A DNA stretch of 64,000 nucleotides from Octopus sinensis (Eukaryota): NCBI RefSeq assembly GCF_006345805.1, contig NC_043000.1, positions 114,266,001 to 114,330,000 of the forward strand. The letters are read 5' to 3'. Positions 24,650-38,510 of the stretch are shown piece by piece. A program made the translations under genes and the position numbers. The notes under the pieces were generated by a model, which was given only the letters and a program-made list of their open reading frames with translations, ran no database searches and was not told the DNA's origin. Within the stretch, counting starts at the first letter, position 1. Each line of letters starts with the position of its first letter.

Positions 24650-25030
24650 ACCAGTGGGGGAAGAAAAGAAGCTGCCACACCCCACTAAAATGCCAGGAGG
24701 CAGTGCTACTTCAACTACTCATTGTTCTACTTGAGATAGACAACATGACTGGAGGAGATATGCTACGTAAGAATGGTTGAAGCACACCAAAGCAAGAATA
24801 CAACAGCAGCAGCCGTTCAAGAATTTGAACCTGGAGATCTCCATTTCCAGCGACTTCAAGGGCTACCTCCCAGTGGTGTCGGGCGTCAACAAAGAGCCCT
24901 CGACTACAACTAGACGACCAAAGTTTTTTTCTTTCCAAGGTCTGGGGTCTCCCGCCCCTAAGCCCTAGACCATCACCTAATCACCCTTACCCGTCTTGTT
25001 GCTTAACAACAACGACAACAGCAGCAGCAT
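24650..25030 (+). mobile_element. Possible I/ingi-group LINE 3' remnant with (CAA)-type tail
   Basis: Frameshifted EEKKLP...QL..HCS...EEIC peptide, CpG-rich, ends cttaacaacaacgacaacagcagcagc. Weak. Confidence 0.3.
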
Positions 25031-26104
25031 ATTCTCTGTGTCTCCAGACCCTGGGGCAAGACAGATCATCACACTTGCTTCACAACAACTAAATTGCAAA
25101 GAACAATTAATGGAATCTCTGAGAATAACACTAGAGGACAAGTAGTTTAGCAATAGTCTCATGTTGCATCATTCTTCATGGAAACATTTATAATTACTTT
25201 GAATTAAAAACAAAATTGTCAGCATTGAAAAGAATTATGTTCCAATCATCTTACATTACTAAACTCACCAACACACACACCCACACCCCACCCTCGGTGG
25301 AATGGACAGAGGAGTTTTCCAAAAGTATTGACTCAAATTCATGGCAACATTTTAATAACTTAATGTACTTTACCACATAATAAGTGCATAATATCCAATA
25401 GCAATGGTCTTGTTCTCTCTCAAAATGATGCAAAGCTATGTGTGTAATTTCAATAAATTATCAAGAAATCTCATTCGAATATTTTCTAAAAGTACATTGA
25501 AACCATAATTTCACACAACTTCCTCTATCCACACACCATTGTCTCTCTAAATTCCAGTTTGAGAGCCAAATGTAACATCACAGATATATTCAAACATTAT
25601 ATAACTACATTCTTACAGAAATATGTTTTATATAAATATACACACACACACACACACACATTATTGCCATTACACTACCAAAAGGGCACAAGGGAGACGG
25701 GCTATTCTGAGGCAGTGATTTGTAAGCAGGTACTCTTTCTAATACCAACTCTCTTATAAATTGGTGTACCAATTCTAAAGATATAATGTGTGTGTGTGTG
25801 TACATACACACACCAAAGATTGCAGAAAATCCATATCATAGCCCTCCAGATTGTCAGCTCCAGGCAAACTGTCCAGCCCAAGCTAACACTTGCCTTACTA
25901 CATTACACACACACACAGTACTTGGCTCACAGCTCTGTATTTCTAGATGCAGGATTGACACCTTACACCATTCACGTTGCTTCTATACTCTATGACTGTG
26001 TAGTTGTAGGCTAAGGTCAGATTTTATATTTAAATACAAATTTGAGCTATATTTCCTGTGACTGTTGCCATGTAATTTAGTATATAATTGACACATTACA
26101 ATAC

Positions 26105-26151
<47 letters not shown>

Positions 26152-26639
26152 TATATAGTGTGTTGTATGTTTATGTCTAGATATAAAACTTGTATACTTC
26201 CTTCCCATCCCAGTATTGTTTGCGATATCTTCTTCCTGAGATGATCCTACTACAAAAATGCTGGGTTTGAGGATGGTCTCTCTTTCTCCTCTCTCTCTCC
26301 CAGTCTCTCCCCCTCTACAATTGAGCTTCACTCAAGATATCTGAGTGCCTCTCAGAGACAGGGAAACCTCACCCTGTTATGTCAGATGAAATGATAGGCT
26401 AAGATGTAAGGTGCAGGACTGCTGCTTGCCAGGTTAACTCATGTCAGTAAAAGAATATAAATGTTACTTGATTGTGATAGTGGTGGTGGAGGTGGTGGTG
26501 AAAAGAGCTTAAACTTAGAGATAACACTCCTAGCAGGAAAACTATTTGCCATACAAGTCAATGAGAGCCTCTACAGAGTCACTAAACCTGCTAGAAATAG
26601 CAACAAAATCTGTCTGTAAAGAATAAAAAAAAGTGGGTA

Positions 26640-26840
26640 ACTCTTTTACTCTTTTACTTGCTTCAGTCATTTGACTGTGGCTATGCTGGAACACTGCCTT
26701 TTAGCCGAGCAAATTGACCCCAGGACTTATTCCTTGTAAACCTAGTACTTATTCTATCGATCTCTTGCCAAACTGCTAAGTTACGGGGACATAAACACAC
26801 CAGCATCGGTTGTCAAGCAATGTTGGGGGGACAAACACAG

Positions 26841-26879
<39 letters not shown>

Positions 26880-27045
26880 CACATATATGACGGGCTTCTT
26901 TCAGTTTCCGTCTACCAAATCCACTCACAAGGCTTTGGTCGGCCCGCGGCTATAGTAGGAGACACTTGTCCAAGGTGCCACGCAGTGGGACTGAACCCAG
27001 AACCATATGGTTGGTAAGTAAGCTACTTACCACACACCCACTCCT
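26640..27045 (-). mobile_element. Family B SINE, full length
   Basis: Tail through head, highly similar to consensus. Confidence 0.9.
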
Positions 27046-27604
27046 TTGATAATGTAGTCTGAGAAAGATTGTCTGAAAAGACAGGATAGCCATGACCAGA
27101 TTGCCTTTCATAACATATCTGCTTATTCAGGGCTGAACTTTGACTAAACAGCAACTATCTGTAGCAAACAAGGAGGGAATTTCTAAAGGTGTCTGTTTAG
27201 CATGGAGTCATTAAGAGTAAACTGGTCACTGAATGTTTATACACACATACACACAGCTGCAGAGAGGCCCTCCATGTTGGCAAACTATGTTCTAGTAACG
27301 TCTAACGCATAGATATTGATCAGTCAAAGTTTACACATAAACACACGCACACCATGTCAGTTAGCAATGTGCTTGTTTTAACAGTTCTCTGCATAGTTTT
27401 CAAGGGAATTACATAAATTATTTATTCACAGCAAGTGAGATAAATGTTGAACATCAAAGATCTATAGTTTCCATTATACAGCCATTTCTAAATGTTGTAC
27501 ACATTAATAAATAAAAAGATGAGCTTGCATGGTTTTTTGCCCCGCCTCCTAATCATTTTAATCTACTCGTTCTATGATTTCATTTTCAAATTTTATTCAA
27601 TATA

Positions 27605-27995
27605 GGCGCAAGAGTGGCTGTGTGGTAAGTAGCTTGCTTACCAGCCACATGATTCCAGGTTCAGTCCCACTGCTTGGCACCTGGGGCAAGTGTCTTCTAC
27701 TATAGCCTCAGGCTGACCAAAGCTTTGTGAGTGGATTTGGTAGATGGAAACTGAAAGAAGCCCATTGTATATATGTATATATATATGTATGTGCATGTAC
27801 GTGTTTGTGTGTCTGTGTTTGTTGTCCCAACATCGCTTGACAACCGATGCTGGTGTGTTTACGTCCCCATAATTTAGCAGTTCGGCAAAAGAGACCAATA
27901 GAATAAGTACTAGGCTTACAAATAATAAGTCCTAAAGGCGGTGCTCCAGCATGGCTGCAGTCAAATGAGTGAAACAAGTAAAAAAGTAAAAGAGA
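27605..27995 (+). mobile_element. Family B SINE, full length
   Basis: ggcgcaagagtggctgtgtggtaagtagc...cagtcaaatgagtgaaacaagtaaaaaagtaaaagag. Confidence 0.9.
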
Positions 27996-28039
27996 GTAAT
28001 AACAATCCACAACATATAATACCAGTAATTGCAGTCTGA

Positions 28040-28405
28040 GAAGCTCAGTTAGAATTTTTTCCAGGTTGAGTAGCCCATCCTGCTCAAAAAGTCCCTGAAT
28101 AAGGTTTGTTTAAGGATTTTGAACGAAACACCCATGTTTCCAGAGATGAATTATTCAAATACCAAAGTATTCCTCTCAACACATGGCTATGATGCTCCCC
28201 CATAATTTCTGCTCGTGATCAGAGATGCACATATCATCAGCTGCCAAAGGTCAAGCAACTGACAAGCAAATCTGTGGTATTGAGCAGAATATTTGCTGTA
28301 GCCCTTCTTTCATACCAAGACAAAACAATGTATTGATAGCACTTCCAATCAATTAAGATCAAAAACCATGAGAGCCACTGCCTAGTACTGCATTAGGGCA
28401 TTATT
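28040..28405 (-). mobile_element. Family F interspersed repeat fragment
   Basis: taatgcagtactaggcagtggctctcatgg...ttgagcaggatgggctactcaacctggaaaaaattctaactg recalled as a common octopus repeat; single copy in this window. Confidence 0.45.
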
Positions 28406-28414
28406 ACTATAACA

Positions 28415-28620
28415 AGGCGGAAAGCTGGTAGAGTTGTTAGCACACCAGGTGAAATGCTTAGTGGTATTTCGTCTGTCTTCACATTCTGAGTTCAAAAGCA
28501 ACTGGAGTCGACTTTGCCTTTCATCCTTTCAGGGTTGATAAATTAAGTACGAATTATACACTGGAGTCGATGTAATCAAATAGTCCTCTCCCCCAAAATT
28601 TCAGGCCTCGTGCCTATAGA
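28415..28620 (+). mobile_element. Family C SINE
   Basis: ggcggaaagctggtagagttgttagcac...gactttgcctttcatcctttcagggttgataaattaagtac. Confidence 0.8.
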
Positions 28621-29049
28621 AAGGATGATTATTATTATAACAGGCCTGCTCAACCTCAGGTAAAGCAACATCATTATCATCATCATTATTATTATGAGTT
28701 GACATTGGAGCTGATACATGGCTGCTCAATCAGCTAGATATAGCAGCCTCATCTTAAACAAGTCAAGGTGGTGAACTGGCAGAGTTGTAAGAGTGTCAGC
28801 ACACTAGAGTGTTCATTCTGATTTTTCGTGCCTTGAACTCAAACCCTGCCAAAGTTAACTTTGCCTTTCATCCATTTTGGGGTCAATAAGAATATAGGAT
28901 CGATTCAGCTGTAGACAGGTGGGACTGCTAGAAAGCCTCGAGGCATTTGTTTTAGCCCTTCATAGTCTGACAGCAACTCCTGCAATGACATTGATGCCAT
29001 CAATTTGTATCAGTCCTAAAGGAGTGACCTTTCCCTTGAATAACATTGC

Positions 29050-29208
29050 AGAGTGGTTGGCATTAGGAAGGGCATCCAGCTGTAGAAATCTTGCCAGATC
29101 AGATTGGAGCCTGGTACAGCCTTCTGGCTTGCCAGTCCTCAGTCAAACCATCCAACCCATGCCAGCATGGAAAGCAGATGTTAAACGACGACGACGATGA
29201 TGATGATG
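29050..29208 (+). mobile_element. Family A repeat 3' part
   Basis: agagtggttggcattaggaagggcatccagctg...ttaaacgacgacgacgatgatg. Confidence 0.85.
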
Positions 29209-30376
29209 AAGAAGAGATATTAGTAAACCTAGTTAACAGCCAGGCTTCTTTCACAAAGAAGCCTTGACCACGTTCATACAAACAGATATAAGTTCAAACC
29301 TCACTCACAGAGCGCCATCCTCAAATCACACCTTATGGCCAAAAAAGGAAAACACATCATCATCATCATCATCACTGTTTAACATCCATCTTCCATGCAT
29401 GCATGCATAGGTAGGACAGTTCACAGGAGCTGGCCAGGTAGAAAAACTAACCTGTGCTGCTCTGTTTTGGCAGGGTTTTTACAGCTAGATACCCTTCCAA
29501 ACACCAACTGTAAAAAAAACCCTGCCATATTAGATAATCTGGATGCCTCTAAACACATAGCAGGGTCACAGGTGGAAAGCATTTAAATAAAGGATCACTA
29601 CAAAACAGGGTTGACAGTGGGGTGGCTAAGTGCTACTTAAGGGAGAAGAACAAGCATGTTCTTTATTTTTTTTTTCTACACCTCAACACCACCAATTACT
29701 ACTACCACCAGTCACCACTGTTAGTAGCACCATCTCCACTGCTACCAGGACCACCACCATCACCTAAAATGTTGACATTCTGACACTGAGTGTTACAAGT
29801 AGGCATACTTTGTGACACTTTCACACTATTCTGCCAGATGATAGCCAAGATAATCATCTTAACCCTTTTGTTAGCATATTTCTGTTGAGAAGCTCTGTGT
29901 TTCTTTCAATTAATTGTAAATATAACAAAGGATTTACTACAATAACTTAGTTGTCATTAACCCTTCAATACCAACCCAGCTGAAACCGCCTCTAGCTTTG
30001 TAGTACAAATGTCTTGTTTTAGAATCAACTAGTTGGTCTGTTCTGGAGGATTTTCAGCTTAAGATTATGGACAACTTCCAGAAATTTCTTGCCTAGTAGT
30101 GCTACTAAAAGAAGCACTGCCAATTTAAGATAAACTCAATAGATATGGAAGTGCAGTTAGTCAGTCAGGTATGTCTAAGATTTAGAGAACAATGAAACCA
30201 TTTTGTATACAATCTCCAAGAACTGCTAATTATTTCATATCTGAGAGAGAGATCTAGTTGTTGACCAAGTCCATCATAAAAACTACAGTACCATCTTTGC
30301 TTCATTGTATAGGGTAGGCAGTTTTTCTCTTCCTCATGGTCATAGCAAAAGATATATGGTAGTTATTACAGAAAGT

Positions 30377-30630
30377 GTGGAGGCACATGGCTTAGTGGTT
30401 AGGGTGGCAGCATCATGATCGTAAGATTGTGGTTTCGATTCCTGGACCGGGCGACGCGTTGTGTCCTTGAGCAAAACACTTCATTTCACGTTGCTCCAAT
30501 CCACTCAGCTGGCAAAAATGAGTAACGGTGCAATGGACTGGTATCCGTCCAGCTGGGGAACACATACGCCATTGAAACCGGGAAACCAGGCCCATGAGCC
30601 TGGCTAGGCTTTAAAAGGGCGCATTTATTA
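30377..30630 (+). mobile_element. Family D SINE, full length
   Basis: Very similar to 9022-9272; A/B boxes intact. Confidence 0.9.
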
Positions 30631-30926
30631 TTTTATTATTACAGAAATGGTTGAAGATAAACTCTTTCCTCTTCAGTTATGACCTCAATGACTTTTTCAA
30701 GCAACATTTGGAGAAGATGGGGATGAAAAGTGGGATGCTGCTTTCCAATAAATCAGTTGAAAGATGATTGAGAATGATGACCATGGCCCAAATGAACAGG
30801 CCTACGCTCAGCATGCATCTATAGACTGGGAAATGCAGCTGAGAAAAGTTACTAGCCCTTGACAGTAAGGGTTATCCCAGATCTGTGGAGTTTCATGGTT
30901 GATCTTAAAGGACTTTATTATGTGTT

Positions 30927-30964
<38 letters not shown>

Positions 30965-31789
30965 TATATATATATAATATATATATATATATACACACAA
31001 GGGGTGTATGAATAGTCATGAGCCTCAAAAAGACAAAACATGGTGCAAGACTTCTGATGAAGGTACAAAGCTTCAAGGCTCAAAACTTTTCATACACCCC
31101 TCGTATATATAGATATATATGTATATATATATGAGAGAAGGTATAACCAATAGTCAACCATAGATTTCCCTATTAACCTTCACACATTTTGTAACCTATC
31201 AAAGTAATGCCCCACCTACCCCTCACTATGTGTTGCCCTTGTGACTGCAACAAAGAAAGGATTAGCATTCATTTTCCCAAAGTTTAAATTTACTAGATTT
31301 AATCAACTCTTTCCTCTCCAAAATGTATGGCCCTGTGCACTATGTTAATCTTTTCGGTTGTATCTTAGAATGTCCATGTTATGTTATAACTTTGTCTAAA
31401 TGTTATTAATAAACTAGTTCCGTGAATACATTCATGGAAAGAGGAAGTCAGAAGCCATGCCTAATTAGCACGAGGATGTGTAAGGGCCTTACACGGAAGG
31501 TCATTGCACAATGTTGACATGCAGTGGTGGCTCGTAATGTTTAGCCATTGTTATAATATTGTGTAAAAAGAAACCATATAAAATAAAATTTATACATAAA
31601 CTTGATTAGTTGGCGCTTTAGCCACTGCCAGGTGGTGTGTTTAATTTGTTCACTGAACACTGCCACAAATTCCCCCTTGTTTTTCAAAAATCCCCACTAA
31701 ATCACAAAATACGGGGTGGGGGTGGGGAATGTGCTCTATTTTTCAAATCCTGGCAGCAACACACTCACACACACACGTATATATAGGTA

Positions 31790-31948
31790 AAGCTTCTTTC
31801 AGTTTCCATCTACCAAATCCACTCACAAGGCTTTGGTCGGCCTAAGGCTATAGTAGAAGACACTTGCCCAAGGTGCCACGCAGTGGGACTGAACCCAGGA
31901 CCAAGTGGTTGGTAAGCAAGATACTTACCACACAGCCACTCCTGTGCC
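31790..31948 (-). mobile_element. Family B SINE 5' half
   Basis: gcttctttcagtttccatctacc...cttaccacacagccactcctgtgcc. Confidence 0.85.
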
Positions 31949-32166
31949 TATGTTTACATTTATAAATATTGCACCTGGTTAAAACATTTCATCTCTAACA
32001 AGAATCACAATCCTTCTAAACACCCCTTCCTCCCCATAGTGCACCCCTTAACACGTACCGTCCCTTAGTCACCCCTGTGTTAAGAACTACTAGTCTTAAC
32101 CATGGAAAAAGCTGTTCAAATGCAAAATCCCAATTGTTCCAGAGACAATATGAGTGATCAACTTAC

Positions 32167-32272
32167 CTGGAGGTATTTCTACTAATAAATTTTTTCTAAC
32201 ATTTAATCTCCGAAGTAGAGGCAACTTTCCTATTTCAATTGGTAAACGAGAAATTTCATTGCAGCTAACATC
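32167..32272 (-). CDS. LRCH: Next coding exon of the same LRCH-family gene
   Basis: Minus strand: acceptor ...ctttctcttgtag|, 106 nt reading DVSCNEISRLPIEIGKLPLLRRLNVRKNLLVEIPP+g, donor |gtaagt. Splices in frame to the 44963 exon (LMDL|DVSCN) and matches recalled LRCH DVSCNEI..IP..IG.L..LR.LNVRRN.L..LP. Confidence 0.92.
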
Positions 32273-33385
32273 CTACAAGAGAAAGGGAAAAAAAAGAACA
32301 GAAATTCATAATTTATCCTTTAAATAAAATACATAAGACATTTACATTGGAAAAAAATATTATTTGGCATGAAAAAAAAAATGACCATCCCAAAATATAT
32401 CAATATTATTCATCAATTCTAGGTCTGAAGAATTTTTAATACAAAATTTTTTTACATGTTTATCCAACATGTACAATTCTGTGATTCCTATTAGCTAATG
32501 AAACATGTGTAATGGAGAATAAATAATACCAAAAATGTAATATTGGTATAGAATTATTGCTTAATCCTCAGTCTTTTGTCATTATACAAAAGAGTTAGTG
32601 CCTAGTTTTGTATTTGCTGCATCTTCATTTTCACATCTACTAACCATGCTGGCATGGGTTAGAGGGGCCATCACAATGGGAACCAGTTATGAAACCAGAG
32701 TTACCACTGCCCTAAATGACCCCATCCCACTCAGAGTGTTTCATTATTGGCAGGGTTTCTACAAGTGGATTACCCAAACCCTAAACAACTTCACAGAGTG
32801 TACTGGATGAATAATATCAAGGCACTGTCCCTCAGAGAGTTAGTCCTGCCTTTTTGACAGACTATGCACGCACCCATCTAACCCCTACATTGTCACTGAT
32901 CATTTGCTATTCTTTAACAGAGTGAATGAAGTACATTTTATCATGGCACCAGAATCACTGGAAATTGCCAACTTGTGTCTGTCCTGCAGAGTTAAAGAGT
33001 CGGTATGCTCTATGATGTGTCTGTTCATTAAAGGAAATATGACAAAGAGGAAGAACAGAAGAGAAAGTGTTCGAAAGTTTAATGGGGTAAACAGGGGGGA
33101 GAGGGTCAGAGTGGGGGGGTTTGGGGTAGGGCAGAAAGTAATGCAGGAAATATAGTACTTGCTGCTGTTTGTATGTGGTTTCATGTGTAAACCTTCAAGC
33201 ACCACCATGGTGAGTTTGGGGTGGGCGAGGAGCCGTTAGAAGTTCCCAAATGAGTTGTTACGTAACAATGAAACTGGTTAAATCTAACCTCATGCCTTAG
33301 CCACAGAAATAGGCTCTCCACAGACCTAATTTTACAACAATACCAAAAGAAATGCAAGTGTGTGTTTGTGTACACACACACACAA

Positions 33386-33439
<54 letters not shown>

Positions 33440-33638
33440 CATACATATAAATATATATTCATAACTCATGTTGTATTGGTGCTACAATAAATATATAATT
33501 TAGATAAATTGCTTCAGGTCTGGTGCAGACTATATATACACTGCGCATACATAAAACAAACTGAAACTATACATACACATACACACACGTTTTACTTCCC
33601 ATCAACCTAATTTCACAACAATACTAAAACACATAAAA

Positions 33639-33704
<66 letters not shown>

Positions 33705-34554
33705 GTTCTTAATGCCTTGTGTATTGGTAATTGGTACTCTACTCAAACCAGCAGTGATTGTTAAGCAGGAGATGGAGGGGAGGGGGCAGGAACCACAAAC
33801 ACACATACATTCAAGAAATGACAGCAATGATGATGATGAAGGAAGAAAGAGAAACTGGATGAAGGTGGCGGCGGTGGAGGAGGAAAGTGATGATGCTAAT
33901 AGTGAAAAGTGGCTGTTGAAAATCCCTGACAATAACTGCCATTGAGAAGAGAGGGTTAGGTCAAGGTGAACCAGGAGAGAGAGAAAGAGAGAGAGAGAAA
34001 GAGAAGAAAAGTCTTTGTAAATAAACAAGTAGAGACATGGTGGAGGTGGGGTGTGAACATAGCTGAGAAAGAGAAAGGGAGAAGGAAACTGAAGAGGTGA
34101 GACGGGAGGAAGAAGTGCAAGGGTGGAAGGTTTGATGAAGAGAGGACCTTTCTGTATATAGTTTACCAATTCTGGAAGTCTACTAAACACACACACACAA
34201 TCATTGACCTTTTAACTAACTCCACACAGTAATCTTAAAGCAGAGACTCTACCGGTTCCTTTCTGAGACCTTAACCACCAGTGAAGAAGCCTCTATATAT
34301 GTGGTCGCTCAACTAGCTAGAAACAGAAGTCTAATCTCTCTCTCTTAACTCTTCAACATTCAACTTTCTCTTGTTTATTCACATTGTTCTGAATTAATCA
34401 TGCATTATATCATAGCTTTGAAGTTTCAATGAGGTGACTGTTTGATTTTAAAATGACATTGTTGGCTGGGTGTGAGAAGCTGGACAGGGTCAGCTTGAAC
34501 ATTATAAGACAGGCAGATTATTTAGGGCAGATATGACAAGTCATAGCTGGAGTA

Positions 34555-34783
34555 CCTATTTCTTTACTACCTACAAGAGGCTAAACAAAGAGGGGAAAAC
34601 AAGGACAAATGGATTAAGTCGATAATATCGACCCCAGTGCATAACTGGTACTTAATTTATCAACCCCGAAAGGATGAATGGCAAAGTCAACCTCGGCGGA
34701 ATTTGAACTCAGAACGTAACGACAGACAAAATACCGCTAAGCATTTCACCCGGCGCGCTAACGTTTCTGCCAGCTCGCCAACA
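34555..34783 (-). mobile_element. Family C SINE, full length
   Basis: acctatttctttactacc...aataccgctaagcatttcacccggcgcgctaacgtttctgccagctcgcc. Confidence 0.9.
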
Positions 34784-36387
34784 TACTCAGATCAATATAA
34801 TCAACTGTAGTTCCCTAGCTATGGGTTATTACCCTAAGTGGGTGCTGTGTAATACAAAAAAGGGCTGAAAAGATAATCTTTTACTTTTGAAATAATTAAT
34901 AAGATGTAAAATGTTTGTGAATAGGCATAACAGCCACAACACATGTGCTACAAACAAAAACTGAAGAATATTTTTCCAAATGTTGAATTTCTCCAGTTGA
35001 AATACAAACACACACAGTTTGGAGGCTGTCATCCCTTATTGTTGTGCCAGAATGGGTTACGATAGTAAAAGGTCAAGAACTACTAAAATAAAAACCCTTG
35101 AAGCTGGTGTTCCAGCATGGCCACCATTCACAGCCAGAAATCAATCCCAGAATATAAGACTTAATGTTCAAATACTAAGTGTTATTTACCTTACATTCCC
35201 TTTCAATGCTGGCATGTGTCAAACTGTAAACCTTATTTAGAAGTGAAATGAGCCATAATGAACAATATATTAATCACTAACAGAGGGAGCTGGTTCTTCA
35301 AAGTTCTACCAAACACATCTCTGGTCTTACATGACTATCCCATCTTTATCTCAGACACAGAGTCTCTAGGATTACATTATCAGATGCATTCTCATATTTT
35401 TTATTAGGTAATAGAGTTAGATTCAAATAAGATTTAGCTGCTATTACAGGCAGGCCATGCAACTCATTGGTCTTTTTATTTTTTAACATTGGTGGTTCTG
35501 ACACTTAAACCTTCTTAAGACATCTTACATCTTATAAAGAACAAACCTGTATCTTGTATATAAAAAAAAAAAAAACGAAAAAAAAACGAAAGCAAAAAAG
35601 CCACCCATCATAGTTTTAGCTGTTTACACAACTTATAAAGTCTATTAAACTGCAGAAGGGACCGGTGAAATTAAAGTAATTTACAACAGAGGAAAACCAT
35701 GTCATTAATTTGTGTGTCACTTGCTTTTTTAATTATAAACTTCTAAAAGAAAATTCTATTAACCTACATTAATTGCTAAGAGAATAGGAACTTTATTTTA
35801 GTAGCACAGTTCTAAGTAGGAGAAAGGGCAACAGCAGACATGACTAGTTGGCAGGGCCTCTATAATAGGCGGCAGAAAAGAAGGAAGAAAGCCCTACAAA
35901 GAAGGAGAGGAAGAAAGCATTATCCTCACATCAGTCAGTTAAAAGTACCCAAGTGTTGGGTGCTGGCATTAAGACCATGTTATGTAGAATAAGCCTACCA
36001 CTCAGAAATCAGCCCCTATCAGTCTTCCACAGTTTCCAGTGAACTAATTTCAATTGCAAGTCTTGGATTGAACCAAAGCTATGGTAGAAACTTACTGGCC
36101 CATGGTACAATAGAGAGTGACTGGACATGAATCCGTAAACTTCTGAGACACACAGCCTTGTTTTATACTCTGTCTCCAAATGATTTGCTGTTTTTCTTAG
36201 TCAACACATAAATTCAGTTATCCAACCCATCTCTTACATTCTGGTAAAATACACTTGGTTCCAAGATTTTGAAAATAATGAGAAATTCAATAAAATAAAT
36301 TTGCAATTAAGCTGGTATTTGGAACACAAAACTACCGTGAAATTTTAACTTAGAACACTTTAAAACAAGAAGTTTGTACTACATAAC

Positions 36388-36585
36388 TAGAAAAGGTCTC
36401 AGACAGCTTGATATAAAATGTTTAACAGTGTATTTGGGGCTTCACGACATACCACTGTAATATGGGGACACACACCACCAGAAAAAGTCTCAGACAGGTA
36501 TTAACCTGTTTAACAGTGTATTTGGGGCTTCAGGACATACCACTGTTAACATGGGGGGGGGGGGAAAACACCACCAGAAAAAATT
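36388..36585. repeat. ~90-bp imperfect tandem duplication
   Basis: gtctcagacag...tgtttaacagtgtatttggggcttca.gacataccactgt...caccaccagaaaaa occurs twice. Confidence 0.8.
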
Positions 36586-37414
36586 CCCATAATGGCTTGA
36601 CTTTTTCAGTCTTCTAGCCTGTAGCAGTATCCAGTCAGTATCCGAGCCTGGCCCTCAGTGTAAAAACACAATCTTCAACTATGATTTCAGTTCAGGATCT
36701 CAGACAATGTCTTGTTGGCCTTAGCAAGAAATATTGATTCACTCAGGATGGTTACCCCAAATATTGGCACACCTACTGGATTTGTACCTGTCAGGTGCTT
36801 CAGTGCATTTGTCTTATAGTTCTATGTCGGTCTTATAGTTTTAACTGTGACCACACACAACCACAACAAAAATAACAAAGGAGACTCTACATGGCCACAT
36901 GACTTGCAGGAAACAGAAGCCACATCTTCTTCAGATCACCTTCTCAAGTCTTAAAAAAGGAAGTACACAATAGATAATGAAGTCTGAGATGCAGCATCAT
37001 CATCATTTTACATCCATTTTTCCGTCATGCTCCAAGACAGTTTTTTTTTTATTAGGAACCGTCGTCATCATTGACTGACATTTTAGCACTTCACAGACTA
37101 TTCTAGGTATATTGGATTGTGACACCAACACAAACATCAGTTGTCAAGACTTGGGGTCTTTTCAACTCAACACTTTCTCCATTCCTTCACTAACCACTTT
37201 ACAGAGCACAATGGGTTCGTTTTATCATGGCACCAATACTAGGTAGGTTATCAAATTTTCAATGACTCCAGACTACAGGGACCATTTTTGAGCCTCTGTT
37301 CCATCCATTCACTCACCAATCACTTTATTGAGTGCACCAGATGCATTTTATCACAACAACAGCAAAGTGTCTAAATATAAGACACAGGATCTTTTATCTT
37401 CCACTTGTTTCAGT

Positions 37415-37770
37415 CATTAGACTGTGGCCATGCTGGGGTACCATCTTGAAAAATTTTAAGTTGGATGAAACGACCCAGGTACTTTTTTTTTTCTTTTAAG
37501 CCTGGTACTTATTCTATCAGCCTCTTTCACTAAGTTGCAAGGACATAAACATACCAACACCAGGTAAGTAGTGGTGGGGACAAACACATACACACACATA
37601 TATATATGCACATACACAATGGGCTTCTTTCAGTTTCCATCTACCAAGTCCACTCACAAGTCTTTAGTTAGCCCGAGACTATAGTCAAAGACACTTGCCT
37701 AAGATGCCACGCAGTGGGACTGAACCCAGAGACATGTGGTTGGGAAGCAAGTTTCTTACCACACAGCCTA
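37415..37770 (-). mobile_element. Family B SINE
   Basis: Tail through head match. Confidence 0.85.
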
Positions 37771-38154
37771 TGGTCAAGTTTAATCTGGGGCTAAACAACA
37801 ATAACACGTAACTGTAAACTCTACAAATGTAGTCCAAACTATTGTAACGACAATGGTTTCACAGCAGACAGCCGTATAATATGCTGTAACCAAATTCAAC
37901 ATTTCCAGAAAATGACTCACAAACAATGGACAGAATTCTATAAATAAATGACTACATGGGTGGGGGAGGAGTGGTTGGGGTGGGGTGAGGGAGATTAATG
38001 GTTAATGGAATAATGGAAATAAATAAATTACAGAGAGAGCTGAAATGAAATTGGAAACTGTCGAGTAAAAATAGTGAAATGGGAACCAGATTTCTTTTAA
38101 TAAGTCATTGTTTTTTTTAACTTTATAAAAAAAAAAATTATGTAATAGGTTCAG

Positions 38155-38510
38155 GCATGGCTGTGGTAAGGAGTCTGCTTCCCGACCACATGGTTCCGGG
38201 TTCAGTACCGCTGTACAACACCTTGGGCAAGTGTCTTCTATTATAGCCCAGGGCCAGCCAGAGCCTTGAGGGTGGATTTGATAGACAGAAACTGAAAGAA
38301 GCCTGTTGTGTATATGTGTGTGTGTTTGTCCCCGCCACCACTGTTTGACAACCAGTGTTGGTGTGTTTATGTCCTCATAACTTAGCAGTTTGGCGAAATA
38401 GGGCAACAGAATAAGAATCAGGCTTTAAAAAAAATAAGTACTGGAAATGGTTCATTCAAATAAAGATTCTTCAAGGCAGTGTCCCAGTATGGCCACAGTC
38501 TAATTAATGT
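38155..38510 (+). mobile_element. Family B SINE
   Basis: ggcatggctgtggtaaggagtctgcttcccgaccacatggttccgggttcag...cagtatggccacagtctaa. Confidence 0.85.

Noticed and set aside
28970-29020. Plus-strand peptide SNSCNDIDAINLYQS, superficially LRR-like
   Set aside because: Wrong strand for LRCH, bounded by stops, no splice sites.
30060-30180. Candidate location for the next LRCH exon
   Set aside because: No LRR frame on the minus strand; the plus strand reads like a decayed RTE segment (RLW..SRNFLP..ATK), as does ~40310-40450.
33090-33135. G-quadruplex-like G runs (also ~2410 and ~37960)
   Set aside because: On the non-coding strand and within generic low-complexity sequence; nothing indicates function.
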